Positions 1-9,720 are shown, counted from the first letter of the stretch. The stretch is DNA of 31,439 nucleotides from Chthoniobacterales bacterium (GCA_038207335.1 JBBQZX010000038.1:1-31439); one strand, 5' to 3'. Notes: generated by a model not told the origin, from the sequence alone. Numbers and translations are program-made.

Positions 1-795
1 GCCGCCTGCCACGCGCTGTGCGTGGACAGACGGCAGGGAACCCCAGCCAGTGCGGCCTTGACCATCCTCAACCGCTCACCGCAGAACCGATCGACGTAGG
101 CGATGGGAAGCATGTCGAGCGGGATTTCCGTCGAATCCCGAGCTTGCCGCGCCCGGTCATTTCCGACCGGAATCCTCAACGGTTGTTTAAAAGGTTGACT
201 GTCAAGGTTAGCGCCTGCACCCGGCACAAAGCCCATTTTCGGCACTTCTGTAACTCCCTGAGGATCAAGGGGTTTAAGAATGGTCAAAAATCCAGCGGAG
301 TTATGACTTAATGACAAGGAAGGGGAACCGCTTTTCCGCTTCGCGCTCCGCTTGACGACTTTGAGCGGAGCACCGCAGGCGGTTGCCAGCTCGCCAGCGG
401 GGCCGCGCGCGCCGTTCGTCCCATCCTCCGATTTTATATGACACACATTGTGTGATGTTATTGTTAATGTGCTCGCCACTGGCTGGTTGCGTGTGTGTGA
501 ATAACTTGTGCGCAAAATTGGAAAGCGCGCGACGCTGCAAATTGGGCCGCTGGGTTATTTACGGTGCCTCGGCGCGTTTGACCGAGAGAGCCCGCGCTCT
601 CCTCAAGAAAGCGGGATCCGCCCGAATTACTTCAACCGAGATGGATTTGCGCTCGATCATCGCGCCCGCTTCGAATCTGCATGACACGCCTTCAAACTTT
701 GACGCCAATTGTGTCGCCAGCCACGCATGCAAGCTGCTATCTCATTCCTGCGTTGCGGCTCCCTTCAAATTCATCCCCGTTAAAGCTAGTCTCTT

Positions 796-3570
796 GTGTT
801 CGAGAACTCCGACGATTCCCCCATTCAGGCGTGTCCGATTTGTGAAGCGCTGATCGATATTTCCGACGAAGAGCCGCTTGCGCTCGTCCCGTGCCCATCG
901 TGCGGGGCCGAGATTGCAGTGCGCGGGACGATCGATCACTTTACACTCGTCGATGTGGCCGGGCGCGGAGGGATGGGTGTGGTGTACCGCGCTCTCGATG
1001 GGAGCCTGGATCGAGAGGTTGCGCTTAAGCTTTTGCGGAAAGATCACAGCGATAATGCCGCCCTGATCTCTCAGCTCGAAGCTGAGGCTGGGATCACGGC
1101 ATCAATTAACCACCCGCATGTAGTGAAAGTTTACTCCACAGGGGTGAATGCGGGCCGATTTTACATCGCGATGGAGCTTGTGGATAAGGGTTCGCTGGAT
1201 GATCTGATCCGCATCCAAGGCCGTGTGGCGGAAGCTCAGGCACTGGAGGTGGCCATCGATATCGCACAAGGGCTGCGGGCGGCGCATCAAGCGGGCCTGA
1301 TTCATCGCGATGTGAAGCCGGGAAACATTCTGTTTGCGGATGCGCACACGGCGAAGATCGTCGATTTCGGCCTCGCGATATTCATGGCTCAGGAGGAAAG
1401 CGTGCGTGGAGAAATCTGGGGAACGCCCTATTACGTGGCACCTGAAAAGCTCGACGATAAGCCGGAGGATTTCCGAAGCGATATTTACTCGCTGGGTGCT
1501 TCCCTTTTTCATGCGCTGGCAGGGCGGCCACCGTTTGAGGCGGAGAGTGCCTCACTGGTGGCGCTTAAGCATCTGAAGGCGCAACCGGTCAGCCTGCAAG
1601 CATTCGCACCGCATGTTTCAGGCCGCACGGCGTATATCATCAATCGAACGCTGCTAAAAGAGCCCGAGAAGCGATACCAAAGTTACGACGAGCTTATCGA
1701 ACATTTAGAGTATGCACGCGAGGAGCTTCTTACTGCTCCACAAAAGGTGCAATCCTCCCGCGTTGTACTGGAGGATGAAACTCAGCAGCGGACTTGGGGC
1801 TGGGTGACGATGGGGATGATCGCGGTCGTTGCCATTGCGGCGGGGTTGTTTCTCGTATTCCGAAAATCAGGCACCGACCCTAGTGATACGAAGGCTACAG
1901 CGACTTCGGGAGTGAATTCTAAGCCGCCGTCTGTGAGTCCCGAGGGTGACGCCGCACGGGCGAAACTCGTGTCTGGGAGCCCGTCCGAAGCTGCTAACGA
2001 TTTCCGTAAAATCGCATCTCAAACTTCTTCCAGTCAGGTGGATATCAAGTGGAGTGCGCTCCAAGAGGGGCTCGCGGAATTGCTCGTTGCAAAGCCGGAC
2101 GCCGCACGTATGGCGTTTGACAAAGTCCGGGAGCATCCGCTGCCAGGCCAACGACCGGAGGAACGGCGTCTTGAGGCATTTTTCACGGCGACCGCAGACC
2201 GGATGACGGGGAACTCGGCGATACGCCCGAGTTCCGTGGACGACATTAGTAGCACCAGCTACGAAATGTTTAGCCTATTGCTTTTCGGCGTTAAGGACTG
2301 GCAACTCGGGGAAGTGGAGGATTCAGCGACTCTCCTGCGCCGTTTTCGAAACGTATCGCCCGATGGTGGAACGGCTTGGATAGCACAACTGAAGCCTCTG
2401 GCATCACGCTTCATCGACGAATATACGGGTTTTCAAATGGCCGCGGATCGCTTGAAATCGGCGACGAATCCAGATCAGCGAGCGGATGCACTGGACGAGT
2501 TGCGCGGACTGGGCAAGAGTTTTCAAGCCCGGGTCGATGCGTTGTCCGCGCCTTACAAGGAGGAAATGACCGCATTGGAAAAAGCACGTTCACTACCGCC
2601 CGTCGAGGGGCTTTATCGGCTGGTGAACCGAAAGACGGGAAAGGTTTTGGACGTCTCGAATCACAGCAAGGACGAAGGTGCGGGGGTTCAGGTTTGGGAT
2701 AGCGTTGACACGCCAAATCAGCAGTGGAATCTGGCACCGCAGCCGGACGGCACGCTGCGGCTCACGGCGGAGAATAGCGGAAAATCGCTGGAAGAAGATC
2801 GCAATTCGGGGCGACTGCGGCAGGCCGGGTGGAAGCAAAAACCTGAGCAAAAGTGGCGTCCCGATTCCTCTGGGCGCGGTTTTTTCAAACTGCTCTCCGC
2901 GGCGGATGGCAAGGCGCTGTCCCTATCCAGCGACGATCCGATCCAGCTCGTGACGAGCGCACCGGGCGACGCGTTTGAGCAGCAATGGAAGTTCGTGCCG
3001 CTGGCGGTTCGCGTGGGCGACTGGACGGCTGCCGATATCGGGCGCGTGAGTGCTCCGGGTTCCACGGCTCTCGATGCGGGGACTGGCGCGTTCACGATCC
3101 GATCCACGGGTGCCGACATCTGGGGCGCGGAAGATTCGACGCACTTCGTTTATCGAAAGGTGTCGGGCGATTTCGAGGTGGTCGCGCGAGTGATGAAGCT
3201 GGACAAGCCGGAGTGGAGCAAGACGGGTGTCATGGTGCGCGAGTCGCGTGTCGCAGATGCGCGGAATGTGTCGGTGGTAATGGCGTCCAGCCACGGGCTG
3301 TCATTTCAGGTGCGAAAGGCGGCGAAATCGGTGACGACGAGCGTCAAGGACGAAGGCGTGCATCTTCCGCACTGGGTGAAAATTGCGCGACATGGAGATA
3401 CGTTGACGGGCTATCATTCGAAGGATGGCGTCGAGTGGGTGCAAGTCGCCGCGGAGACGCTGGCGAAGCTGCGCGGAGACGTGTATGCGGGTATCGCAGC
3501 GAGTTCGCACATGGATGGGGTGTCGGCGACCTCAGTGGTGCAAGATGTGAAAATCACGCCGACTCCATAG
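796..3570 (+). CDS. Membrane-anchored Hanks-type Ser/Thr protein kinase: N-terminal Zn ribbon, TM helix, extracytoplasmic ricin-B lectin and ConA/DUF1349-like beta-sandwich
   Basis: CPIC...CPSC at N-terminus; GRGGMGVVY, VALK, HRDVKPGN, DFG and GTPYYVAPE kinase motifs; hydrophobic segment WGWVTMGMIAVVAIAAGLFLVF; QQW/QKW/QQW repeats (ricin-B QxW); C-terminal GADIWG...FVYRKVSGDF...GVMVRES...WVKIARHGDTLTGYHSKDG. GTG start. Confidence 0.92.
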   Translation: MFENSDDSPIQACPICEALIDISDEEPLALVPCPSCGAEIAVRGTIDHFTLVDVAGRGGMGVVYRALDGSLDREVALKLLRKDHSDNAALISQLEAEAGITASINHPHVVKVYSTGVNAGRFYIAMELVDKGSLDDLIRIQGRVAEAQALEVAIDIAQGLRAAHQAGLIHRDVKPGNILFADAHTAKIVDFGLAIFMAQEESVRGEIWGTPYYVAPEKLDDKPEDFRSDIYSLGASLFHALAGRPPFEAESASLVALKHLKAQPVSLQAFAPHVSGRTAYIINRTLLKEPEKRYQSYDELIEHLEYAREELLTAPQKVQSSRVVLEDETQQRTWGWVTMGMIAVVAIAAGLFLVFRKSGTDPSDTKATATSGVNSKPPSVSPEGDAARAKLVSGSPSEAANDFRKIASQTSSSQVDIKWSALQEGLAELLVAKPDAARMAFDKVREHPLPGQRPEERRLEAFFTATADRMTGNSAIRPSSVDDISSTSYEMFSLLLFGVKDWQLGEVEDSATLLRRFRNVSPDGGTAWIAQLKPLASRFIDEYTGFQMAADRLKSATNPDQRADALDELRGLGKSFQARVDALSAPYKEEMTALEKARSLPPVEGLYRLVNRKTGKVLDVSNHSKDEGAGVQVWDSVDTPNQQWNLAPQPDGTLRLTAENSGKSLEEDRNSGRLRQAGWKQKPEQKWRPDSSGRGFFKLLSAADGKALSLSSDDPIQLVTSAPGDAFEQQWKFVPLAVRVGDWTAADIGRVSAPGSTALDAGTGAFTIRSTGADIWGAEDSTHFVYRKVSGDFEVVARVMKLDKPEWSKTGVMVRESRVADARNVSVVMASSHGLSFQVRKAAKSVTTSVKDEGVHLPHWVKIARHGDTLTGYHSKDGVEWVQVAAETLAKLRGDVYAGIAASSHMDGVSATSVVQDVKITPTP

Positions 3571-3617
3571 TTCTACGACTCGACAAAGCGCGACCGTTGC
3601 GGAATTCTGCGGGTATC

Positions 3618-4544
3618 ATGCAACTCCGCACGTTCCTCCGCCTCCTCCCGCTCCTCACTCTCGCAACCATTGCCGCAGCTCCGTTTTCCGCAGTTGCGGC
3701 AGACCGGAAGATTCTCTTTTTCTCAAAGTCGAGCGGCTTCGAGCACTCGGTCATCAGCTACAAAAAGGGGCAGCCGAGTTTTGCCGAAAAGGAGCTCTCG
3801 GAACTCGGAGCGAAGAACCACTGGCAGTTCACTTTTTCAAAAGACGGTTCCCTCTTTTCGCCGGAGTATCTAGCACAGTTTGACGCGGTATTTTTCTACA
3901 CGACCGGCGACCTCACGAAGCCAGGCACCGACGGTGAGCCGCCAATGAGTGCGGCGGGAAAGCAAGCCCTCATCGACTACGTATCGAGTGGCAAGGGCTT
4001 CGTCGGCACTCACAGCGCTGCGGATACTTTTCACACGAACAACGAAGACAAAAAGGGACCGGATCGTTACGTGAATCACGGCACCGAGGCAGATGCTTAC
4101 GTGCGAATGCTCGGAGGAGAATTCATCAAGCATGGCGCGCAGCAATCCGCGAAAATGCGCTGTATCGATCCAGAGTTCCCCGGTTTCGCAAGCCTCAAGG
4201 ATGGATTTGAAATGACGGAGGAATGGTATTCTCTCAAAGACTTTTCCAGCGACATCCATGTGCTGCTCGTGCAGGAAACCGGGCCGATGAAAGGCATCGA
4301 ATATCAGCGTCCGCCGTATCCCGCGACTTGGGCGCGGACGCAGGGCAAAGGGCGCGTCTTTTTCACGTCGATGGGGCACCGCGAGGACGTCTGGACGAAT
4401 CCGATTTTTCAGCAAATCCTCACCGGCGGAATCTCGTGGGCACTCGGCGATGTAAGGGCGGAGGTGCAGCCAAATCTCGACAAAGCGGCTCCGGACTGGG
4501 CGACGAATCCGCCCTTTCCCACAGCGCCTGACGCAAAAAAATAG
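3618..4544 (+). CDS. Secreted ThuA-like (trehalose utilisation / class I GATase-like) domain protein
   Basis: Signal peptide MQLRTFLRLLPLLTLATIAAAPFSAVAA; FSKSSGFEHS, FDAVFFYTTG, GKGFVGTHSA, EEWY and GKGRVFFTSMGHREDVW motifs. True start taken at ATG 3618, not 2985. Confidence 0.88.
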   Translation: MQLRTFLRLLPLLTLATIAAAPFSAVAADRKILFFSKSSGFEHSVISYKKGQPSFAEKELSELGAKNHWQFTFSKDGSLFSPEYLAQFDAVFFYTTGDLTKPGTDGEPPMSAAGKQALIDYVSSGKGFVGTHSAADTFHTNNEDKKGPDRYVNHGTEADAYVRMLGGEFIKHGAQQSAKMRCIDPEFPGFASLKDGFEMTEEWYSLKDFSSDIHVLLVQETGPMKGIEYQRPPYPATWARTQGKGRVFFTSMGHREDVWTNPIFQQILTGGISWALGDVRAEVQPNLDKAAPDWATNPPFPTAPDAKK

Positions 4545-4561
4545 AGCCAGCGCGCTCTGGT

Positions 4562-5212
4562 TCAAAGCAGATCGTTCGGCTCGTTGAGATTGCGGAAAAG
4601 CGGTCGCTGCGAGGGCTCGATCTCGTGGGTGAAGATGAGATTTTGCGCGATCGCTGCACGGACGAAACGCTGCATCGAACGGTCGTCGCCGCGCAGGTGA
4701 GTGTCCGCGAGCGAGAGGCATTCGCGAGTGTAAATTGCCGCCAGCGGTTCGAACAAGTCGCCGACTAGGGGCACGACTCCCCCGCCCGTCCGGTCGTGGA
4801 CCCGCAGGAGTTCGCGCAGGAACGTCGCGTTCATCGACGGCAGATCGACCGCAAGCACGAGCAGCGTTCGATTTTCCGCGCAAAGCAATGCCGCTGCGAT
4901 GCCTGAGAGCGGGCCGAGCCCGGGAGTCGCATCCTGCACGATCGGAACGCCTGAATCCGCAAAGGACTCCCCCGTGGCCGCCGAGATGAGTAGCTCATCA
5001 GGTGCCAGAGTGCGCAGAGTAGCGACTTGGCGTCTCCAGAGCCGCTCTCCATCGATCGCGAGCATCGCTTTGTCGCGCCCCATGCGGCTCGATTTTCCAC
5101 CCGCGAGCAGGAGCGCAGTGAACCGCGAGGGTCGATTTTCAAACTCGGAGAATGCTGGCCGCGTCCCGCACCCCAGCTGTTTTTCGTGGCTGAAATCAAT
5201 GTCTGTTTGCAT
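4562..5212 (-). CDS. mobA: Molybdenum cofactor guanylyltransferase
   Basis: LLAGGKSSRMGRDKA, GPLSGI, AVDLP, EPLAAIY and FRNLNEP motifs; start codon uncertain. Confidence 0.9.
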   Translation of the reverse strand: MQTDIDFSHEKQLGCGTRPAFSEFENRPSRFTALLLAGGKSSRMGRDKAMLAIDGERLWRRQVATLRTLAPDELLISAATGESFADSGVPIVQDATPGLGPLSGIAAALLCAENRTLLVLAVDLPSMNATFLRELLRVHDRTGGGVVPLVGDLFEPLAAIYTRECLSLADTHLRGDDRSMQRFVRAAIAQNLIFTHEIEPSQRPLFRNLNEPNDLL

Positions 5213-5240
5213 TGCCGGAGGCTGTGGTTAGTTCCCGTTC

Positions 5241-5759
5241 ATGCCGCAGCCAACGATTCGCATCCAGCAGCTTTACATTTCGCCGGGGCACAATTTTTTC
5301 GGACACTACCAAATGCTTCCCGGCGAGCATGCGATGAACTCGTGCGAAGAGATTCTGTGTCGTGCGGGGCGCGGGATCGGGGGAGACCGTTTTTTCGATT
5401 TCAAGACCGACTACAAAGGGCAGATCACATTTTTTTCGGCTGAGATTTTCGATGAAATGTGCGACGCGCTCGGCGTCCACAATCGGTCCGCCTCCGTCCT
5501 GCGGCGCAATGCGATCGTGACAGGTGTAGAATTGAATTCTCTGATCGGACAGGAGTTCGAGATTCAAGGAGTGCGATTTTATGGCACAGGCGAATGTTCC
5601 CCCTGCCATTGGATGGATTACGCTTTTGCGCCCGGGGCGGAGGCGTTTTTGAGCGACCGCGGCGGGCTCCGAGCACGGATTCTTACGGACGGCATCTTGC
5701 GGTGCAGCCATGAATTTCACGCGCTAAACGAGCCGCCGCTTGACAAGCATTCCGCATAG
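5241..5759 (+). CDS. MOSC domain protein (Moco sulfurase C-terminal, YiiM-like)
   Basis: GRGIGGDRF, QITF, LRRNAIVTG, C-S-P-C-H-W-M and RGGLRARILTDG motifs. Confidence 0.85.
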   Translation: MPQPTIRIQQLYISPGHNFFGHYQMLPGEHAMNSCEEILCRAGRGIGGDRFFDFKTDYKGQITFFSAEIFDEMCDALGVHNRSASVLRRNAIVTGVELNSLIGQEFEIQGVRFYGTGECSPCHWMDYAFAPGAEAFLSDRGGLRARILTDGILRCSHEFHALNEPPLDKHSA

Positions 5760-5776
5760 TCGCTACTACGCCAATT

Positions 5777-6037
5777 ATGCGTGATCTCGTGGCTGTGCTG
5801 TTTTTCATCCTCTTGGTTTGTCTTGGGTGGAAGCAGCCATTTTCCTCCCATCTTACGGCACTCGCCGGTGCCGAATCGGATCAAACCAACTCCGCGTCGG
5901 TGCCTCCGGCGACCCCTCCACCTGCTCTCCCTGCGCCCCCCATCCCGGTAGAACCGATGCCGCCTCAAGTGCCCACGGATCAGAAGAACCCTATGGACAC
6001 CCCTCACGACAACACGAAATCAAAATATGCTCGATAG
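5777..6037 (+). CDS. Small membrane-anchored Pro-rich hypothetical protein
   Basis: N-terminal hydrophobic helix ending GWKQP, Pro-rich linker; TTGACA at 5740-5745 upstream; overlaps next gene by 11 nt. Confidence 0.6.
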   Translation: MRDLVAVLFFILLVCLGWKQPFSSHLTALAGAESDQTNSASVPPATPPPALPAPPIPVEPMPPQVPTDQKNPMDTPHDNTKSKYAR

Positions 6038-6365
6038 CTTTGGAAAATGGGTGATCTACTTCGTCGTCATCGCTGCGACGATCACGATCGGGTGGAATCA
6101 GCCGCTCCGATACCGCTTCATGAGCAAAGCGGATATCGATCTGATAGAGCACCCTGAGCAGCCGCCGACGCCGCGACCGCGGCCGTCGCCGACGCCGTCG
6201 CCGACGCCTCCGACTGTGAAAGCCCTGCCCACGCCGACTCCCGTGCCTTGGATGTTCGATCCCAATAGAAGATCATCTCTTGATCGCGGCAACTACGATC
6301 AGAGATCAACAGGCTCTTCGTCTTATTTCGATCGTACGAACCGCGGGACGCAATATCCACGCTGA
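6027..6365 (+). CDS. Small membrane-anchored Pro/Thr-rich hypothetical protein
   Basis: N-terminal TM helix ending GWNQP, PTPRPRPSPTPSPTPP linker, short C-terminal WMFDPNRRSSLDRG segment. Confidence 0.65.
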   Translation: MLDSFGKWVIYFVVIAATITIGWNQPLRYRFMSKADIDLIEHPEQPPTPRPRPSPTPSPTPPTVKALPTPTPVPWMFDPNRRSSLDRGNYDQRSTGSSSYFDRTNRGTQYPR

Positions 6366-6508
6366 CAATCCACGCTGACAAATTGCGCTGCGGCGCGAGT
6401 GATTTGTCCCTCGATGGGATTCGACGATTTCCTGTGCTATTCTGCGTCGCGGATTTTTCATGAAGAAAAACCGTCACCCGGCCGTCGAAGATCGAATCCA
6501 AGAATACC

Positions 6509-7009
6509 ATGAGAATTTTAATATCGATCCCAGCACTGCTTCTCAGTCTCTCGCTCGCGCTTCCCGGAGTCGGGTTGGCGAAGGACAAACACGATCACGA
6601 TGATCATCACGACCATCACGACCATCATGACTCGCACGGCCACTCAAACTACAATTACTCGTATGGTTCCTACCGTTACGGATACGGCTACCCATCGTAT
6701 GGATATCGAAACTACGGATACCACCCTTACTACTACGATTCGGGACCGACCATCGGCCTCTCTTTTAGCACGCGACCGAGCTATTACTCCTCTCCGACGT
6801 ACCGCGGTCAAGTCGTGGACGGTTACTCGAGCAGCCTCGCAGTAGACGTGCAACGTGCGCTCCGCAGCCAGGGTTACTACCGTGGCGCGATCGACGGCGA
6901 GGTGGGACCGGGCACGCGCTCAGCGATCCGTTCGTATCAGGCGCGGCATGGCCTGACGATCACCGGCAACATCAGCTCTTCGCTGCTGAGATCGCTCGGC
7001 GTCTCGTAA
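6509..7009 (+). CDS. Secreted protein with His/Asp-rich and Tyr/Gly-rich tracts and C-terminal peptidoglycan-binding (PG_binding_1) domain
   Basis: Signal peptide; VQRALRSQGYYRGAIDGEVGPGTRSAIRSYQARHGLTITG is a typical PG_binding_1 pattern. Confidence 0.85.
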   Translation: MRILISIPALLLSLSLALPGVGLAKDKHDHDDHHDHHDHHDSHGHSNYNYSYGSYRYGYGYPSYGYRNYGYHPYYYDSGPTIGLSFSTRPSYYSSPTYRGQVVDGYSSSLAVDVQRALRSQGYYRGAIDGEVGPGTRSAIRSYQARHGLTITGNISSSLLRSLGVS

Positions 7010-7027
7010 CGCGCGTGGATTTGCGAC

Positions 7028-7061
7028 AGCCGGGCTCGGGAAAATTCCGGGTTCCGGCTTT
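7028..7061. terminator. Probable intrinsic terminator between convergent genes
   Basis: Imperfect GC-rich hairpin AGCCGG...CCGGCT followed by a short T run, between convergent stops at 7009 and 7086. Confidence 0.5.
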
Positions 7062-7085
7062 CGTCGGTTAGCCGTCCAGACGGCC

Positions 7086-8354
7086 TTAGTTTAGCCAGCG
7101 GCGCACTTTCGCGTCATCCTCCATCGGGCCGACGACCGCCACGCCGAGTCGCCCACGGTGGAGGCAAAAGCAGGCGACATCCTGCACGTCTTCCGCTCTA
7201 ACGGCGTTGATCTTTTTCTCGAGTTCTTCCGGGCTCATGATTTTGCCGTAGCCGATGATGCTCTCGCCCATCCACATCATTTGGTTCGTCGTGCTTTCGA
7301 GGCCCATGAGCGTCTGTCCGATCGTGTAATCTTTTGCCTGCTGCAATTCGGATTTCGTCGGCTTGCCGTGGCAGATCGCCTTGAGTTCGCGCAGGATCAT
7401 TTTGAGCGCCTTTTGGAGATTTGAGTGGTCCAGCCCGGCGCTAATGTGGATCGCGCCGGTGTCTTCCAAGGTCACCATGCTCGTCGCCACGTTGTAGCAG
7501 TAGCCGTGTTGCTCTCGGAGTTTTTGAAAAAGACGCGAGCTCATGTTTTCGCCGAGGATGACGCTCAACAGCTTGAGAGCAAACCGCCGTTCGTCCTGTC
7601 TGCCGATTGCGTGAAAACCCATCGCAACATGTGTCTGCTCAGTCTCTTGCTTAAAAAGCGAGATGCGCGGATCGCCATCCTGAAGTGGTGCGCGACTAAA
7701 GCGCGGCCGGCGTCCTGACGGCAGCTTCAAAAGCGCGGGCTTCAGCAAGGCGACTGCCTCATCGTGATTGATTTTCCCCGCGACCGTCACGATTGTCGTG
7801 TGCCCGTTGTAGTTTCGCTCGAGGAAAGCCCGCAACTCGCGGCGCTTGAATGAATTTACTGTCTCAACCGTACCCGTGAGCGGTCGGCCGAGCGCGTGCC
7901 CGGGCCACATCGTCTCCGTGAGGAGCTCCTGCGCGTGCTGCGCCGGGTGATCGCGATACATCATGATTTCCTCTCGCACGACATCCCGCTCTCGATCGAT
8001 CTCTGCCGGTGCCAGTTCGCTATTCAGATACATATCACTCAGCACATCGCACAGCTTCGGCAGATGCTGCGCCGCCGCTTTCGCATAAAAACAGGTGTGA
8101 TCCTCTGTCGTGAACGCATTCAGATACCCGCCGATCCCCTCCACCGCCTCGCTAAGTTGCCGCGCAGTCCGGCGCTTCGTTCCTTTGAAAAGCAGATGCT
8201 CGAGAAAATGTGCGATGCCGCTCTGCGCGGGCGTTTCGTGCCGCCCGCCGATCGCCGCCCAATATCCGACGCTCACACTTTTCATGTGCGGCATGGACAC
8301 CGATGCGATGCGCGCGCCGTTACTCAGAGTGGTCTGCCGATAGTCGTGTTCCAT
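7086..8354 (-). CDS. M16 family (pitrilysin/MPP-beta-like) zinc peptidase
   Basis: GIAHFLEHLLFKGT (HxxEH inverzincin), LNAFT, SSRLFQKLRE. Confidence 0.93.
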   Translation of the reverse strand: MEHDYRQTTLSNGARIASVSMPHMKSVSVGYWAAIGGRHETPAQSGIAHFLEHLLFKGTKRRTARQLSEAVEGIGGYLNAFTTEDHTCFYAKAAAQHLPKLCDVLSDMYLNSELAPAEIDRERDVVREEIMMYRDHPAQHAQELLTETMWPGHALGRPLTGTVETVNSFKRRELRAFLERNYNGHTTIVTVAGKINHDEAVALLKPALLKLPSGRRPRFSRAPLQDGDPRISLFKQETEQTHVAMGFHAIGRQDERRFALKLLSVILGENMSSRLFQKLREQHGYCYNVATSMVTLEDTGAIHISAGLDHSNLQKALKMILRELKAICHGKPTKSELQQAKDYTIGQTLMGLESTTNQMMWMGESIIGYGKIMSPEELEKKINAVRAEDVQDVACFCLHRGRLGVAVVGPMEDDAKVRRWLN

Positions 8355-8389
8355 CAAAAATGTCTTAGAATTTCTCCAATCGTCCGTGA

Positions 8390-9094
8390 TTAGAGCTTTT
8401 GCGGTGTTTTCTTTTTCTTCCGCAAATCGAGCACATGCTCTGCCAGGTCGAGATCGTGCGGAAATGTGATCTTAAAATTCCAATCCTCGTTTTTCAGGAG
8501 CGCGATTTTTTTTCCGAACCGCTGCACCGCCGACACCTCATCCGTCACCATCTCGTGCTTCGCCATGAGCGCCGCGTAAGCCTGCAGGATGAGCCCGCTG
8601 CTGAAAACCTGCGGCGTCTGCATCGCCCACAGTCCCGTGCGCTCCACGCTCTCGGCGACCATCTGCTCGACGGACGCACGCTTTACCGTGTCGGGAATCG
8701 GCGATGCGCAGCACGCCGCACCATGCTGCCGCGCCATGTCGAGACAGGCGCGGATCAACTTTGGAGTCGTGAGCGGGCGCGCGCCATCGTGGATCGCCAC
8801 AAATTCACTCGACTCGCTCTCGATCGCCTGAAGGCCCATCCAGACCGACAAGTGCCTCTCCGCGCCGCCGGCGATCACGCGACTCACCTTTGGCAGTTTC
8901 TCACGGTCGATCAGCGCCTGAAATTCCTCCACGCGATCCTCGCGCGCCACGATGATGACCTCCCCAATTTCCTTCGCATCCGAAAAGGCTTTCAGCGAAT
9001 GCCACACCACGGGCTTGCCCGCGAGCGGGGTGAAAAGTTTGTCGAAACCCATCCGGCGCGAACTCCCGGCGGCGACGATGATTGCGCTTACCAT
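8390..9094 (-). CDS. ispD: 2-C-methyl-D-erythritol 4-phosphate cytidylyltransferase
   Basis: AAGSSRRMG..DK, GGAERHLSV, IHDGARP, DTVK, QTPQVF, TDE and NFKIT motifs. Confidence 0.95.
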   Translation of the reverse strand: MVSAIIVAAGSSRRMGFDKLFTPLAGKPVVWHSLKAFSDAKEIGEVIIVAREDRVEEFQALIDREKLPKVSRVIAGGAERHLSVWMGLQAIESESSEFVAIHDGARPLTTPKLIRACLDMARQHGAACCASPIPDTVKRASVEQMVAESVERTGLWAMQTPQVFSSGLILQAYAALMAKHEMVTDEVSAVQRFGKKIALLKNEDWNFKITFPHDLDLAEHVLDLRKKKKTPQKL

Positions 9095-9275
9095 GTAGGG
9101 ATTTTGGAGAAAGTGAGACGCCTTCTTGCGGCAGAGGAAATCCCGAAAGGGCGGGACTCAATGCGAAGTCTGGAAAACATCGGGCGCGAACCCTAGTGCA
9201 AGCCCCGAGAGGCGCAAATTGTTTCACCACGCGCTCGACACCCACAAAGCCGCGCGCTAGACGCCGGGCATGCCC

Positions 9276-9710
9276 ATGCTCAAAGAATTCAAAGACTTCA
9301 TCAATCGCGGTAACGTCGTGGACCTCGCCGTCGGCGTCGTTATCGGCGCGGCGTTCGGGAGCATCGTCAAGTCCGTGGTTGACGACATCATCATGCCGCC
9401 CGTGGGCAAGATTCTGGGCAACCTGGATTTCAGCAACCTCTACGTCCCGCTCTCCGAGAAAATCACGCCCGGGCTCGCGCTCGCGGATGCGAAGAAACTC
9501 GGCCCCGTCATCGCCTACGGCAATTTCCTCACGATCCTCATCAACTTTCTCATCGTCGCGTTCTTCATCTTTCTCGTGGTGAAAGCGATGAACACCCTGA
9601 AAAAGAAGGAAGCGCCAAAGCCCGCCGAACCGGCGTCCGACCCGAAAGACGTGCTGCTCCTCGAGCAAATCCTCGACGTGCTGAAAAGCGACGCCTCCCG
9701 GCGGCCGTAA
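9276..9710 (+). CDS. mscL: Large-conductance mechanosensitive channel
   Basis: [51 protein letters not shown]. Alternative start 9270. Confidence 0.97.
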   Translation: MLKEFKDFINRGNVVDLAVGVVIGAAFGSIVKSVVDDIIMPPVGKILGNLDFSNLYVPLSEKITPGLALADAKKLGPVIAYGNFLTILINFLIVAFFIFLVVKAMNTLKKKEAPKPAEPASDPKDVLLLEQILDVLKSDASRRP

Positions 9711-9720
9711 GCGCGATCGG

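Noticed and set aside
100..160. tmRNA 5' end on minus strand (GGATTCGACGG)
   Set aside because: Spacing from a GGGG 5' acceptor stem is wrong and the motif is part of a local hairpin; no other tmRNA features are visible.
2985..3617. N-terminal extension of the 519-aa ORF
   Set aside because: Out-of-frame overlap with the kinase C-terminus; the real protein starts with a signal peptide at 3618.
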